A stretch of DNA of 64,000 bases from Novosphingobium sp. Lineage in GTDB: Bacteria; Pseudomonadota; Alphaproteobacteria; Sphingomonadales; Sphingomonadaceae. Where the stretch lies: NCBI GenBank assembly GCA_043756025.1, contig JAYURW010000094.1:13789-77788 (forward strand). Reading direction: 5' to 3'. Positions 10,582-20,600 of the stretch are shown here, piece after piece (within the stretch, counting starts at the first letter, position 1; each line of letters opens with the position of its first letter). The translations under genes were made by a program, and so were the position numbers. A model generated the notes under the pieces. That model did not search any database. It saw only the letters and a list, made by a program, of their open reading frames with translations, and was not told where the DNA came from.

Positions 10582-11985
10582 TCAGCTTTTGATCTGATAG
10601 GCTACCTCAAGGTCACCCCAGCGGCGTCCGTGCACAACGACTGGCGAATAGACGTTGCGAACAACGATGTAGTTGGTGCCGTCGCCTTCTTGGCGGTAGA
10701 CCGACATGAAGTATGGCGCGCTGCTCGCTTTGGCGGCCTTATCGACATCATCCAGCAGGATCCGGCCATTGCGGCAGTAGCGTGTGTCGTGCGCAAGTTC
10801 ACCGATCGGCCTGCGCGAATGTTCGGTTACATGCGTCGGCAGGAACCCGTTCATGTCTGCCGCGCTGCACATGATCACATTGGTTTGGGCCGTACGCAGC
10901 CGATCAAACAACGGGCGCCAATTGAGATCAGCCCAGTCCGACAAGGCTGTCCGGTACAGTTCCGGGTTGGTGCCTGGGACCAATTTGTAGTTGGTGTCAA
11001 ACAGCTGTTCTAAGCGCAGTTCACCAGCTTCGATCGCCCGTTCAGTGATCGCAACCATCTCGTCGCGAAACGATGCAGCGAGTTCGACGATCTCGGTATC
11101 TCGCGGCGAAACACCGGCACTAATGACAGCGTTGAACAAATCGTTGGAAACCAGTTCCATGTTCAGCACGTTGCCGCGGGTGGCATCGAGCAATACGGAA
11201 TTGGCGCGGACTGAGCCGATAACGGTATCGAGTGCTTCTCGCACCGCGACACCCTTTGCATGCACCTCCGCCGAGTGCTGCGCGACAGTTTCTCCAGTCT
11301 GGTCGAGTTGCGAGACAAGGCGGGTTGTCTCGGCGAGGACATCGGTAACCGTCTCAAGGCGCTCCTCTGCCTTGCTCGACTGGCTCACCCCATTCTGTAT
11401 TTCAGTGACCAGACCCGCTGCTTCTCCAACAAGTTTGCCAACCGCCTGACGAATCTCCTCCGCGGCGGCACTCGAATTCTGGGCGAGCTTTTTCACTTCG
11501 GATGCGACCACCGCAAAAGTCTTGCCCGCTTCGCCTGCCCGGGCTGCCTCGATAGTCGCGTTCAGCGCCAACATGTTGGTAGTACGCGCGATTGTCTCGA
11601 TCCCTTTGGAGACTTGCTGCACCTGTTCCATCACTGCGGCGAAGTTGGTTACGTGCACGCCCAGGCGTGAAATTAGCGATATGATCGAACGGAATTCGAT
11701 AACCGCTGCATTGACCCGCTCGGTCCCCTTGCCCAGCCGCTCATAAGCTTGCGCGGACAGGACTTTGGCCTCGTCCGCCGATTCTGCGATGTGCCGTTGA
11801 TCCAGCTCGAGGGCGCTGGCGATCTCGTCGAGCTCAGCCAGATCCGAAATCTGGCGCTGCATCTGTTCAGTTGCGCGCTCAATTTGGCCCGCCGCTTCGG
11901 TACAGCCCACGGCCAAGTTGCCACAGTAGTTGGCGGCCGACTGGTCAAGGACCGGAACACCGGCGGGTACTTTCTCGAGATACAT
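10582..11985 (-). CDS. Soluble methyl-accepting chemotaxis protein with a C-terminal globular domain
   Basis: [33 protein letters not shown] tip motif, no TM segment. Start is 11985 or 11994. Confidence 0.9.
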   Translation of the reverse strand: MYLEKVPAGVPVLDQSAANYCGNLAVGCTEAAGQIERATEQMQRQISDLAELDEIASALELDQRHIAESADEAKVLSAQAYERLGKGTERVNAAVIEFRSIISLISRLGVHVTNFAAVMEQVQQVSKGIETIARTTNMLALNATIEAARAGEAGKTFAVVASEVKKLAQNSSAAAEEIRQAVGKLVGEAAGLVTEIQNGVSQSSKAEERLETVTDVLAETTRLVSQLDQTGETVAQHSAEVHAKGVAVREALDTVIGSVRANSVLLDATRGNVLNMELVSNDLFNAVISAGVSPRDTEIVELAASFRDEMVAITERAIEAGELRLEQLFDTNYKLVPGTNPELYRTALSDWADLNWRPLFDRLRTAQTNVIMCSAADMNGFLPTHVTEHSRRPIGELAHDTRYCRNGRILLDDVDKAAKASSAPYFMSVYRQEGDGTNYIVVRNVYSPVVVHGRRWGDLEVAYQIKS

Positions 11986-12026
11986 GCAAAACATCCCTGT
12001 CTAATTACAGGCGTTGCTACCCAAGA

Positions 12027-12098
12027 ATGGTTAACAGGCGGTCAAACGTGCCGCTCTCGCTGGCGGGACGCCAATCGCCCAGATAACGCGTGGTTAAC
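12027..12098. promoter_or_regulatory. Two CtrA-type boxes in the mcp/cheA divergent promoter region
   Basis: Minus strand TTGA-N7-TTAACCAT at 12045-12027; plus strand ATAA-N7-TTAAC at 12083-12098. Confidence 0.65.
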
Positions 12099-12135
12099 TA
12101 TCTTGGTCCATAGCCCGACATGGAGACTGTCGCGC

Positions 12136-14454
12136 ATGGACGATTTGATTGCCGAATTCATTGCCGAAACCCGCGAGATGCTCGAAGCGCTCGAGCGTGC
12201 TCTGGTTGCGTGGGAGCGCGACCCGGACGACCGCGCGCAGTTCGATCAGATTTTCCGCTTCATCCACACGGTCAAAGGAAACTGCGGCTTCTTCGACTTA
12301 CCTCGGATCGAGGCATTGGCGCACGCCGCTGAAAGTGCGCTGAGCGAAGTTCGCTCCGGCAAGCGCAAGACCGACTCGCGTCTCGTCGAAACGGTCCTGC
12401 AGGTGATCGACCGCATCGGCGAGATGGTTGAAACGGTCGCCGCCGGTGAAGAGATCAAAAAAGGCGACGACAGCGCGCTGATCACTGCCTTGGGCCAACA
12501 AGAGCAAGATTTGCGCAAAAATACTGCAGCGCCGGCCGCATCTGCTGCAGACCAGCCCGCACCCAAACCGCAGCGGCAAACTGACATGCAGCGCACCGTT
12601 CGTTTGCCGACCAGCCTGGTCGACCGGGTCATGAGCGGTGTTTCCGACATGATTCTGGTCCGTAACGAGATCGAGCGGCAGCTTCGCCATTCCGATAACG
12701 ATCCTGCGCTGACAGCCAGCTTCGGTCGGCTCTCCTCGCTCCTCACGGAACTGCAATCGGCGATGGCTCGGGTCCGTTTGCAGCCGATCCAAACCCTGCT
12801 CAGCAGTTATGAACGAATGATCCGGGACTTGGCAGCGGAACTTGGCAAGCAGGTCTTGGTTGAGATTGAAAGCGGCCAGGTCGAACTTGACCGCGAAATG
12901 ATCGAGCGTCTACGCGACCCTTTGATGCACGTCGTCCGTAATGCGATCGATCACGGTATCGAAACGCCAGAGCAACGCGTCGCGTCGGGCAAGCTGCCTG
13001 CGGGACGTCTGCTGCTCTCCGCCCGTCAGACTGGCAATGAAATCCGCATCGCAATCCTCGACGACGGACGCGGGATCGATTCAGAGCGGGTTGTCCAACG
13101 GGCCATAGAACGCGACATCGTCACGACTGAACAGGCTGATCAGATGGATCAGTCCCAGCGCCTCCAGCTTATCTGCGAACCAGGCTTGTCGACCGCCCAG
13201 GAAGTGACCGGCATCTCCGGGCGCGGCGTGGGGATGGACGCGGTGCGGGCCAGCATCGAGAAGATTGGCGGGAAACTTCACATTAGTAGCGTGCCCGGCG
13301 ACGGTACCCGGCTGATGTTCGATGTGCCACTCACGCTGAGCGTTGTTCCATCCATCACGGTCGAAGTGGGGGGGCAGGTTTTCGCGGTGCCACGCTCCTA
13401 CGTGCGCGAGATTGTCCGCAATTCCAGCGAGGTCGAAGTCGAACCCATCGGGGGCGTGCGTCATGTGTCAGTTCGCGGCGAACTGTATCCGTGCCTCGGA
13501 CTGGCGGCAGTGCTCGAAATCAATGGCCAAGTTTGCCCGGACAACCAGACACTGGTGATGGTCACGATGATCGATGGATCTGTGTTTGCGCTGTGCGTGG
13601 ATGCGATCGCCGACCATTGCGACCTGGTCATCAGGCCTGTCGCGCCGCAAGTCATCGGTACAGGTTTCTATGTCGGCGTCGCTCAGCTCAACGATGGAAG
13701 CGCTTCGCTGATGCTAGACATGGTCGGGGTAGCACAAGCCGGCGGAATTATATCCGACAAGCAATCCCGCGTCCTGCCACGAGCAAGAGCAAAAAGTGAA
13801 TCCGATGAGATTCCGTTGACGCAAATGATTCTCTTCCGGGGGCTTAATGGAATCCGCCAAGCGACATTGATGTCGGTCGTCGACAAACTGGCGGAAGTCG
13901 CGGTTGCCGAGGTCGGACACGGCAAAGACAAGCCCCATATCGTATTTGAAGATACCGTTCTCCCGCTCCATGGGTTTTGCAGTGAGCATAGCACCGAGAC
14001 CATCGACGTTTTGGTCATTTCAACCGGCGGTGCCCGCTTTGCCTATGCGACCGCCGGTTCGATCGACACCTTCGATCTCGACCTGAACACTGTGACCAGC
14101 GAGACTGGGCGGCAATTGGCTTTGCTCGATGGACAGGCGATCGAACTGCTCGATCTCGAAGCTTTCGCCGGTGGTGCCTTGGCGGACTCGCGTCCTTCGT
14201 GCCGATTGCCATCGGACGACAACTGGAGCCGCGAAGTACTTCGGCCTCTGGTCGAAAATGCAGGCTACCGGGTGCAGTTTGTCAACGAGGGCCCGGTCGA
14301 TCTGGAAATCCGGTTCGAAGGCGAAGATGGCGCAACCTTGCTACTTGATGGCAACCAAACAGGCGCGGCTGCAACTGCCGCAGGAATTGACCGCAATGAT
14401 CGATCCGCCCTTACTGCGGCCTTGAAGGCCGCCAACGTGCGGAGGGCAATATGA
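12136..14454 (+). CDS. cheA: Chemotaxis histidine kinase
   Basis: Hpt FRFIHTVKG, HVVRNAIDHG, DDGRGI, GISGRGVGMD and CheW-like domains. RBS GGAG precedes ATG 12136. Confidence 0.95.
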   Translation: MDDLIAEFIAETREMLEALERALVAWERDPDDRAQFDQIFRFIHTVKGNCGFFDLPRIEALAHAAESALSEVRSGKRKTDSRLVETVLQVIDRIGEMVETVAAGEEIKKGDDSALITALGQQEQDLRKNTAAPAASAADQPAPKPQRQTDMQRTVRLPTSLVDRVMSGVSDMILVRNEIERQLRHSDNDPALTASFGRLSSLLTELQSAMARVRLQPIQTLLSSYERMIRDLAAELGKQVLVEIESGQVELDREMIERLRDPLMHVVRNAIDHGIETPEQRVASGKLPAGRLLLSARQTGNEIRIAILDDGRGIDSERVVQRAIERDIVTTEQADQMDQSQRLQLICEPGLSTAQEVTGISGRGVGMDAVRASIEKIGGKLHISSVPGDGTRLMFDVPLTLSVVPSITVEVGGQVFAVPRSYVREIVRNSSEVEVEPIGGVRHVSVRGELYPCLGLAAVLEINGQVCPDNQTLVMVTMIDGSVFALCVDAIADHCDLVIRPVAPQVIGTGFYVGVAQLNDGSASLMLDMVGVAQAGGIISDKQSRVLPRARAKSESDEIPLTQMILFRGLNGIRQATLMSVVDKLAEVAVAEVGHGKDKPHIVFEDTVLPLHGFCSEHSTETIDVLVISTGGARFAYATAGSIDTFDLDLNTVTSETGRQLALLDGQAIELLDLEAFAGGALADSRPSCRLPSDDNWSREVLRPLVENAGYRVQFVNEGPVDLEIRFEGEDGATLLLDGNQTGAAATAAGIDRNDRSALTAALKAANVRRAI

Positions 14455-14885
14455 ATCAGGATCATCTGATTGCGCGGGTCGCGGGCCAGCGGATTGCGAT
14501 GGCCGCATCCGATGTTCAGTGTGTCATCGAGCTTGGCGGTGTGGTGCCGGTACCCGGCGCACCTCCCACTATTATCGGCCTTGCGACGCAGCGAAGCCGA
14601 ACCCTCACAGTGTTTGATGTGGCGGTCGCACTCGGTTTGCCAGGCCCGGACGAGCCCCATCGATTTGCGGTCGTGGTCGAGTTCGGTGGAGTCGGATACG
14701 CGCTCGCGGTTGATGCAGTTGAGAGCGTGACTGCTGCGATTGGCGAGGTCAAGCCTGTCAAAACCAGCCTCTCACCGGGCTGGTCTCGAAGTACCCGCGG
14801 GATGATCGAAACTTCGGCAGGAACAGTCCCGCTGATCGATCTGAGCAAGCTGGTCGATAACGAAATGCTTGGAAAGGCTGCCTGA
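14451..14885 (+). CDS. cheW: Chemotaxis coupling protein
   Basis: PVPGAPPTIIGL and YALAVDAVESV; operon position. Confidence 0.9.
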   Translation: MNQDHLIARVAGQRIAMAASDVQCVIELGGVVPVPGAPPTIIGLATQRSRTLTVFDVAVALGLPGPDEPHRFAVVVEFGGVGYALAVDAVESVTAAIGEVKPVKTSLSPGWSRSTRGMIETSAGTVPLIDLSKLVDNEMLGKAA

Positions 14886-14887
14886 CG

Positions 14888-15310
14888 ATGAACGCAATAT
14901 CCGGATCTATGGCCGTTGAACCAAAGGGCTCAAGGCTCGCCAATCTGACATGCCTCATTGTTGAGGACTCCCGTGTCATCCGGCGCATCTCGCGCCACAT
15001 TGTGGAAAGCCTGGGAATGGTCGTCCGTGAAGCGGAGGATGGTCAGCAGGCGCTGGTTGCCTGCGATTCTGCAATGCCGGACCTGATCCTGCTCGACTGG
15101 AACATGCCGGTCATGGACGGCCTTGAATTCCTGCGCATCTTGCGAGCGCGCCCCGATGGAGCCGGTCCGAAGGTTGTGTTCTGCACGACCGAATACGACG
15201 CGGCCCATATTCGCGAGGCAATTGCCTCCGGCGCGGACGAGTACGTCATGAAGCCATTCGATCAGGATACCTTGCTGCTCAAACTCGAGCTCATCGGATT
15301 TGAACAATGA
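14888..15310 (+). CDS. cheY: Chemotaxis response regulator
   Basis: Single receiver domain: IVEDS, LLDWNMP, FCTT, YVMKPF. Confidence 0.9.
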   Translation: MNAISGSMAVEPKGSRLANLTCLIVEDSRVIRRISRHIVESLGMVVREAEDGQQALVACDSAMPDLILLDWNMPVMDGLEFLRILRARPDGAGPKVVFCTTEYDAAHIREAIASGADEYVMKPFDQDTLLLKLELIGFEQ

Positions 15311-16407
15311 CAGTCCATTCTGTGCCGGTTCGGGCGAGCCTCGAGGGCGGAGTAACCCGGGCGATTCGCGTCTTTGTAATCGACGATTCAAGCGTCGTGC
15401 GGGCAGTCTTCTCGCGCCTGATCGACAGCGAACCGGGATTGGAGCTGGCGGGGACTGCCGCTTCTGCCGAGGAAGGATTGAGCTTGCTCGGCTCGCTTCA
15501 TGTCCAGGTTGTGCTGCTCGACCTAGAGATGCCCGGAATGGGCGGCATGCGAGCCTTGCCGGAGATCATCAAACGCTCGGGTTCGGCCAAGGTCATGGTG
15601 GTTTCCAGTCTCACCGCCGAAGGCGCTGAGCACACGGTTCAAGCCTTGAGCCTTGGCGCGGCAGATGCGCTGCTCAAGCCCGGCGCCGGTGCATTTGACC
15701 AAAGCTACCGTACCAAACTAGTTGAAAGAATCAGGAGTCTCGGCCACCGCCCCCTGCGCCGTTCCAGCGAAGATAGTGACAGGCAAATTCTGCCGATTGC
15801 CCGAAGCATGCCAACCTCGGCCCGGCCTGATGTGTTGGCAATTGGGGCTTCTACTGGCGGGATCCATGCGACGAACCAATTGCTCGTCGCGCTTCCCCCG
15901 GTGATCGATATACCGATCATCATAACCCAGCACCTGCCTACGGAGTTCAGCCGCGCCTACGCAAATCAGCTGCACGGTCTTTCGGGCAGAGATGTCGTCA
16001 TCGCCGCTGACGGTATGGAACTTGTTCGGGACCGCATTCATCTTGCCCCCGGCGACGCCCATGTCACGGTTATGCGGCGCAATCAAAAAGTCGTCATCCG
16101 CCTCGATCGGAAGCATTCGGAAACGGGTTGCATGCCTTCTGTGGATACGATGCTTGCCTCATTGGTGGAAGCTTTTGGCGCACATGTCCTCGGTGTGGTT
16201 TTGACAGGAATGGGTCGGGACGGAACAAACGGTGCTCGTGCAGTGGTCGAAGCTGGCGGCAGTGTCCTTGTGCAAAACGAGGTGAGCTCTGCGGTTTGGG
16301 GTATGCCAGGATCAATCGCGCGGGCCGGCCTTGCCGCAGCTATCTTGCACCCGCGCGATATTGCTGCACGGATTGCGACCAGCCTTGTTTCACCTTCTTT
16401 GCGATGA
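15307..16407 (+). CDS. cheB: Chemotaxis methylesterase
   Basis: Receiver domain plus catalytic GASTGG, QHLP and GMGRDG. Confidence 0.95.
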   Translation: MTVHSVPVRASLEGGVTRAIRVFVIDDSSVVRAVFSRLIDSEPGLELAGTAASAEEGLSLLGSLHVQVVLLDLEMPGMGGMRALPEIIKRSGSAKVMVVSSLTAEGAEHTVQALSLGAADALLKPGAGAFDQSYRTKLVERIRSLGHRPLRRSSEDSDRQILPIARSMPTSARPDVLAIGASTGGIHATNQLLVALPPVIDIPIIITQHLPTEFSRAYANQLHGLSGRDVVIAADGMELVRDRIHLAPGDAHVTVMRRNQKVVIRLDRKHSETGCMPSVDTMLASLVEAFGAHVLGVVLTGMGRDGTNGARAVVEAGGSVLVQNEVSSAVWGMPGSIARAGLAAAILHPRDIAARIATSLVSPSLR

Positions 16408-17246
16408 ATACGTCGTTGCATCAGCATGCAGTCGGTCTGATCGCCAAACTTCTGCGCGAACGAACTGGCCAAGTTATAAATTCGGATCGCCGCTGGCGGA
16501 TCGACGGCGCCATCGAGGCCGTGCTCCGCAAACGCGGCGTCGGGAGCAGCAGCGATATACTCACGCTCTTGACCCAGCCCGACGGCGCGGCGGTAGAGCG
16601 GGAACTGGTCGAAGCGCTGCTCAACAATGAAACGTATTTTTTCCGCGATCGTGCGGTCTTCACGCAGCTTGCCAAAACGATCTTGCCGGCACTTTGCCAG
16701 GCCAGATCCGGGTCCCGCACGCTACGGATCTGGTCGGCGGGATGCTCCACCGGACAAGAGCCGCTTTCAATTGCGATGATGCTCGTAGAGGAAGGGCTTA
16801 CCGCTGCCACCGGTTGGTCCGTCGATCTGGTAGCGACCGATATTTCGCAAGCGGCAATCGATTTCGCGAACAGGGGACTATACTCGCGTTTCGATATCCA
16901 GCGCGGGCTGGGAGTTGGCCAGATGTTGCGCCATTTCTCTGAGACCGAAAATGGCTGGCAAGCCTCGCGCCAATTGCTGAGCATGGTTCGCTACCGTACG
17001 GCCAACCTGCTCGATTTGCCTGCTCAGGGACAGCCTTTTGACCTGATTCTTTGCCGCAATCTGATGCTGTACCTCGGAGATGAGGCAAGACTCATTGCTT
17101 GCAACAGGCTGCTCGAAACGTTGGCTCCGGATGGACGCCTGTTGCTGGGCGGCGGCGAAGCATCACTCGAGCGGTCAACCGGATTTGTTCCTGCCGCGAA
17201 AGACGCGGCCTTGTACCGCCTCGCAGCGCAGGCGCTCGCCGCATAG
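16404..17246 (+). CDS. cheR: Chemotaxis methyltransferase
   Basis: NNETYFFRD, IWSAGCSTGQEP and FDLILCRN. ATG 16404 overlaps the cheB stop. Confidence 0.95.
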   Translation: MNTSLHQHAVGLIAKLLRERTGQVINSDRRWRIDGAIEAVLRKRGVGSSSDILTLLTQPDGAAVERELVEALLNNETYFFRDRAVFTQLAKTILPALCQARSGSRTLRIWSAGCSTGQEPLSIAMMLVEEGLTAATGWSVDLVATDISQAAIDFANRGLYSRFDIQRGLGVGQMLRHFSETENGWQASRQLLSMVRYRTANLLDLPAQGQPFDLILCRNLMLYLGDEARLIACNRLLETLAPDGRLLLGGGEASLERSTGFVPAAKDAALYRLAAQALAA

Positions 17247-17282
17247 GCGCAAATCGCGCTGCGCGATCGTTACTCGGCAGGA

Positions 17283-17298
17283 TTAGCGGCATCTTAAC
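17283..17298 (+). promoter_or_regulatory. Candidate CtrA box upstream of the GGDEF-EAL gene
   Basis: TTAG-CGGCATC-TTAAC. Confidence 0.55.
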
Positions 17299-17337
17299 AC
17301 TGGCAGGCCTATCTACTTAGAACTTGAGGGGACGGGT

Positions 17338-18885
17338 TTGCCAAAGATTGCTGACATCGCCAAGCTATCGCCAGTTGCGCTGCTGTTCGGCGCACCTGCG
17401 GCGTTCGCGGCACTGACAATTGTCGCCCAGAAAAGCAAAGCGCTGGGCGCATTGGAAGGTGCCGCGGTGATCTTCCTCGGCTTGTCGCTGTACATTGTGG
17501 CTGCCGTTGTTGTCTTGCGACGCGAAAAGCGCGATCGCATGAATTTGGAGCAATTGGCGCTTTGCGATAGTCTCTGCGGCCTGCCCAACCGCCGCGCCTT
17601 ACATGACGATATCCACCGTGATGCAGGCGCCGACGCCGAAGTGGCAGTGGCCCTGCTTGATCTTGATGGATTCAAGTCGATCAATGACTTCTATGGCCAC
17701 TCGGTCGGCGACCGGACTATCAATGCGGTCGCGTTGATGCTTCGCGAATTATGCGCAGACGGCGTGAAGCCATATCGGCTCGGGGGCGACGAGTTTGCGA
17801 TTGTCGCCATTGGGCCGCTTGCGGGAAACATTATTGAAGGGCTGTGCCGCAAATTCCTGCTGCAGCTTGCAACCCCGGTTTGGGTTGATGAGATTGGTAT
17901 CAATCTGGGGGTCAGCGTCGGCCTGTCGCGCGGACGTAGCGATGAAATCAACCTGTCATCGACGCTATTGCGACAGGCCGACGTCGCAATGTACGTCGCC
18001 AAAGCACGGGGCAAGGGCCGCGTTACGTGGTTTACCCAGGAGTTCGATCAGGATCGAACAGCACTCCACACGATCGATCTCGATCTCAGGGCAGCGCTGG
18101 AACACGATCAGTTCCAGTTGCACTACCAGCCGCTCATCGACAGCAAGACAGGGTCAGTCTGTGCTGTTGAGGCGCTGTTGCGCTGGGAGCGCCCGGATGG
18201 CCAGCGCATCGGCCCGGACATTTTCATTCCCGTCGCAGAAGAGACCGGGCTCATAGAAGCAATCGGCTTGTGGGTGCTGCGCCGGGCCTGCCGCGATGCG
18301 CTCGACTGGACGGGCATCAAGGTGTCAGTGAATGTGTCGGTCGTTCAGTTGCGCAACACGCAGTTTCCCTTGCAGCTTGGCCAGATCCTTGAAGAAACCG
18401 GTTTTCCTGCGGAACGCCTTGAACTTGAGTTGACGGAGACCTTTCTGGTCGGCGACCCGACGATCGCCGGACGTAACCTTGAGATGTTACGGGATTTCGG
18501 CGTCGGTATCGTCCTCGACGACTATGGAACCGGTTATGCGTCGATCGGGTTCTTGCGCCGCTTCCGCTTTGAAAAGCTCAAGCTTGATCGCTCGCTGATC
18601 GTCGACGCGGTTACCGACGCGGCCAGCCGCACTATGATGGCTGCAAGCGTAACCATGGCCAAAGCCCTCGGGATGCAGGTAACTGCCGAAGGCATTGAAA
18701 CCGAAGGCCATGCGGCGCTAGCTCGAACCGCAGGCTGCGACCAGATGCAGGGATGGCTCTATTCCAAGGCAGTAACAGCTGAGGAACTCGAACAGCAGTT
18801 GAAAAATGAAATTCAAGACCCTTCACTTGCCGAAAATCGGTCAAACAATCCCCGGTCCAAACGGATCAGGGCCGCCAAAGCTTAA
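17338..18885 (+). CDS. Membrane-anchored diguanylate cyclase/phosphodiesterase (GGDEF-EAL)
   Basis: Two TM segments, [28 protein letters not shown] and LDDYGTG. Confidence 0.93.
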   Translation: MPKIADIAKLSPVALLFGAPAAFAALTIVAQKSKALGALEGAAVIFLGLSLYIVAAVVVLRREKRDRMNLEQLALCDSLCGLPNRRALHDDIHRDAGADAEVAVALLDLDGFKSINDFYGHSVGDRTINAVALMLRELCADGVKPYRLGGDEFAIVAIGPLAGNIIEGLCRKFLLQLATPVWVDEIGINLGVSVGLSRGRSDEINLSSTLLRQADVAMYVAKARGKGRVTWFTQEFDQDRTALHTIDLDLRAALEHDQFQLHYQPLIDSKTGSVCAVEALLRWERPDGQRIGPDIFIPVAEETGLIEAIGLWVLRRACRDALDWTGIKVSVNVSVVQLRNTQFPLQLGQILEETGFPAERLELELTETFLVGDPTIAGRNLEMLRDFGVGIVLDDYGTGYASIGFLRRFRFEKLKLDRSLIVDAVTDAASRTMMAASVTMAKALGMQVTAEGIETEGHAALARTAGCDQMQGWLYSKAVTAEELEQQLKNEIQDPSLAENRSNNPRSKRIRAAKA

Positions 18886-18896
18886 GGACAACAGCC

Positions 18897-20165
18897 ATGT
18901 CTGCCCATTCCGACTCAAAAAACTGGTTCGTTGATCTGCCCGTGGCGAAAAAGCTTCGCTGGCTGACTTTTGCCTCTGCGTTCATCACGGTCGCGGTAGT
19001 GGGCGTGAGCGCCCTAACGTTGATCTCGTTCGGTGCGCACTGGAGCGTAATCGCCTTTCCCTTGCTCATAGGGGCCTTCAGCCTCGTGTTCGCCTTTGTC
19101 ATGTCGCGGTATGTAACCCAACAAGTAGTCTTGCCATTTCAAGACCTGACTTACGGCATGAGCCAGATCAGTGAAGGAATTTTCGAACTGGAAGTGAAGC
19201 ACACCGCGCGCGATGACGAAATAGGTCAGATGAGCCGCGCGCTGGAGAAGTGCAAGAAAGCTTCGTTCTTGTTGAAGGACCTCCGCGAACAGGGCCAGCA
19301 ACGTCAGCAGCTGCATGCTTCGCAGCTCGCGGAATTGGCTGTCCGGTTCGAAGGTCAGGTCGGCGATATCGTCAATGGCGTGGCCGCCGCTTCGTCGCAG
19401 CTTGAATCAACCGCCACCACCATGGCCGAGAGTGCGGAGCAGTCATCCAGCCAGTCAGGTAATGTCGCGGAAGCCATGGACAGCGCTGCTGCCGGGGTGA
19501 CCGCTGCAGCTGCTGCAACCGATGAATTTGCGCTCTCAATCAACGAGATCAGCCGTCAAGCCTCAAACTCAGCGGAACTCGCCCGGAAAGCGGCGGAGTC
19601 CACCCGGCTGGCCGACACTACCATCGGAGCATTGGCGGATTCGGCTGCTGAGGTTGGGCAGATCGTCGAACTGATATCTTCGATTGCGCAACGCACTAAT
19701 CTGCTGGCTCTCAACGCTTCAATCGAAGCGGCCCGCGGCGGTGAAGCAGGACGCGGCTTCGCTGTGGTCGCTGCTGAGGTCAAGGAACTGGCAACCCAGA
19801 CCGCTAAGGCAACCGAACGAGTGGCGCTTCAGATCCAGAAGATTCAGGAAGACACGGGCACCAGCGTTTCGTCGCTGAAGGCGATCGCACGCCAGATTAA
19901 CGACCTTGAAATAACCTCGGTATCGATTGCTGCTGCAGTCGATCAGCAGTCTGCCGCCGGACAGGATTTGGCTCGAAGCATCGATCTTGCCGCGCGAAGC
20001 ACCGAAAAAGTGTCGAGTTCAATCGACAAAGTTCGGACGGGTTCGCTTGCTACGGGAGCCGCAGCTGCCCAGGTGCTGACTTCATCCAGCGAACTGCGAT
20101 ACCAGTCCGCAGCGCTGCGTAGTCAGGTCGATGACTTTCTCAATCACGTTCGCCAAGCCGCCTGA
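18897..20165 (+). CDS. Methyl-accepting chemotaxis protein (2 TM, HAMP)
   Basis: [12 protein letters not shown] and [33 protein letters not shown]. Confidence 0.93.
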   Translation: MSAHSDSKNWFVDLPVAKKLRWLTFASAFITVAVVGVSALTLISFGAHWSVIAFPLLIGAFSLVFAFVMSRYVTQQVVLPFQDLTYGMSQISEGIFELEVKHTARDDEIGQMSRALEKCKKASFLLKDLREQGQQRQQLHASQLAELAVRFEGQVGDIVNGVAAASSQLESTATTMAESAEQSSSQSGNVAEAMDSAAAGVTAAAAATDEFALSINEISRQASNSAELARKAAESTRLADTTIGALADSAAEVGQIVELISSIAQRTNLLALNASIEAARGGEAGRGFAVVAAEVKELATQTAKATERVALQIQKIQEDTGTSVSSLKAIARQINDLEITSVSIAAAVDQQSAAGQDLARSIDLAARSTEKVSSSIDKVRTGSLATGAAAAQVLTSSSELRYQSAALRSQVDDFLNHVRQAA

Positions 20166-20316
20166 TCAGAGCGTCTCAAAGGCCCTGTCAGGGCTTGCCC
20201 GCAGCACCCTTCGCGCATCGCGGAGTGTCCGCTTCGCATTGGACTGACAGCACCGCCAGCGGCCTTCCAAGCTGCGCACCACTACAACGCCCCTGCCGCC
20301 AGCAAAAAGCAGCGCG

Positions 20317-20388
20317 GCCGTGGGCGTGGCCGTGGCCGTGGGCGTGGGCGTGGGCGTGGGCGTGGGCGTGGGCGTGGGCGTGGGCGTG
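20317..20388. repeat. Hexanucleotide tandem repeat G(G/C)CGTG x12
   Basis: 12 units counted directly; the last 8 are perfect GGCGTG. Confidence 0.95.
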
Positions 20389-20600
20389 CATGAGGCAATG
20401 GTTGAGCTGGCCCAAAAGACATTGCTACCCGGCAAACGCGGGTCAAAGCCGGAAGGCATTTGGGGTATGCGGACGCGTTACTGCGATCCTGCAATCCTGG
20501 CCTGGGAACATTGAAGCCGCTGAACGAGTTGGGATAAATTGAGCTTGGGCCATCGCATGATTTAGAGTCGGTGAAGCAGGCACCATTAGGAGCGCGAGGC

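Noticed and set aside
11749-12135. 129-aa N-terminal extension of CheA in the ORF track
   Set aside because: Overlaps the divergent mcp and the CtrA boxes; the Hpt domain and RBS point to ATG 12136.
20317-20388. Repeat considered as a CRISPR array, or as the PT/VG/WA-repeat ORFs in other frames
   Set aside because: No spacers and no cas genes; the other frames are by-products of the hexamer.
20420-20600. CueR or CsoR operator upstream of copA
   Set aside because: Fragments such as GGAAGG, TACCC and GGGGTA are present but not in the required spacing or symmetry.
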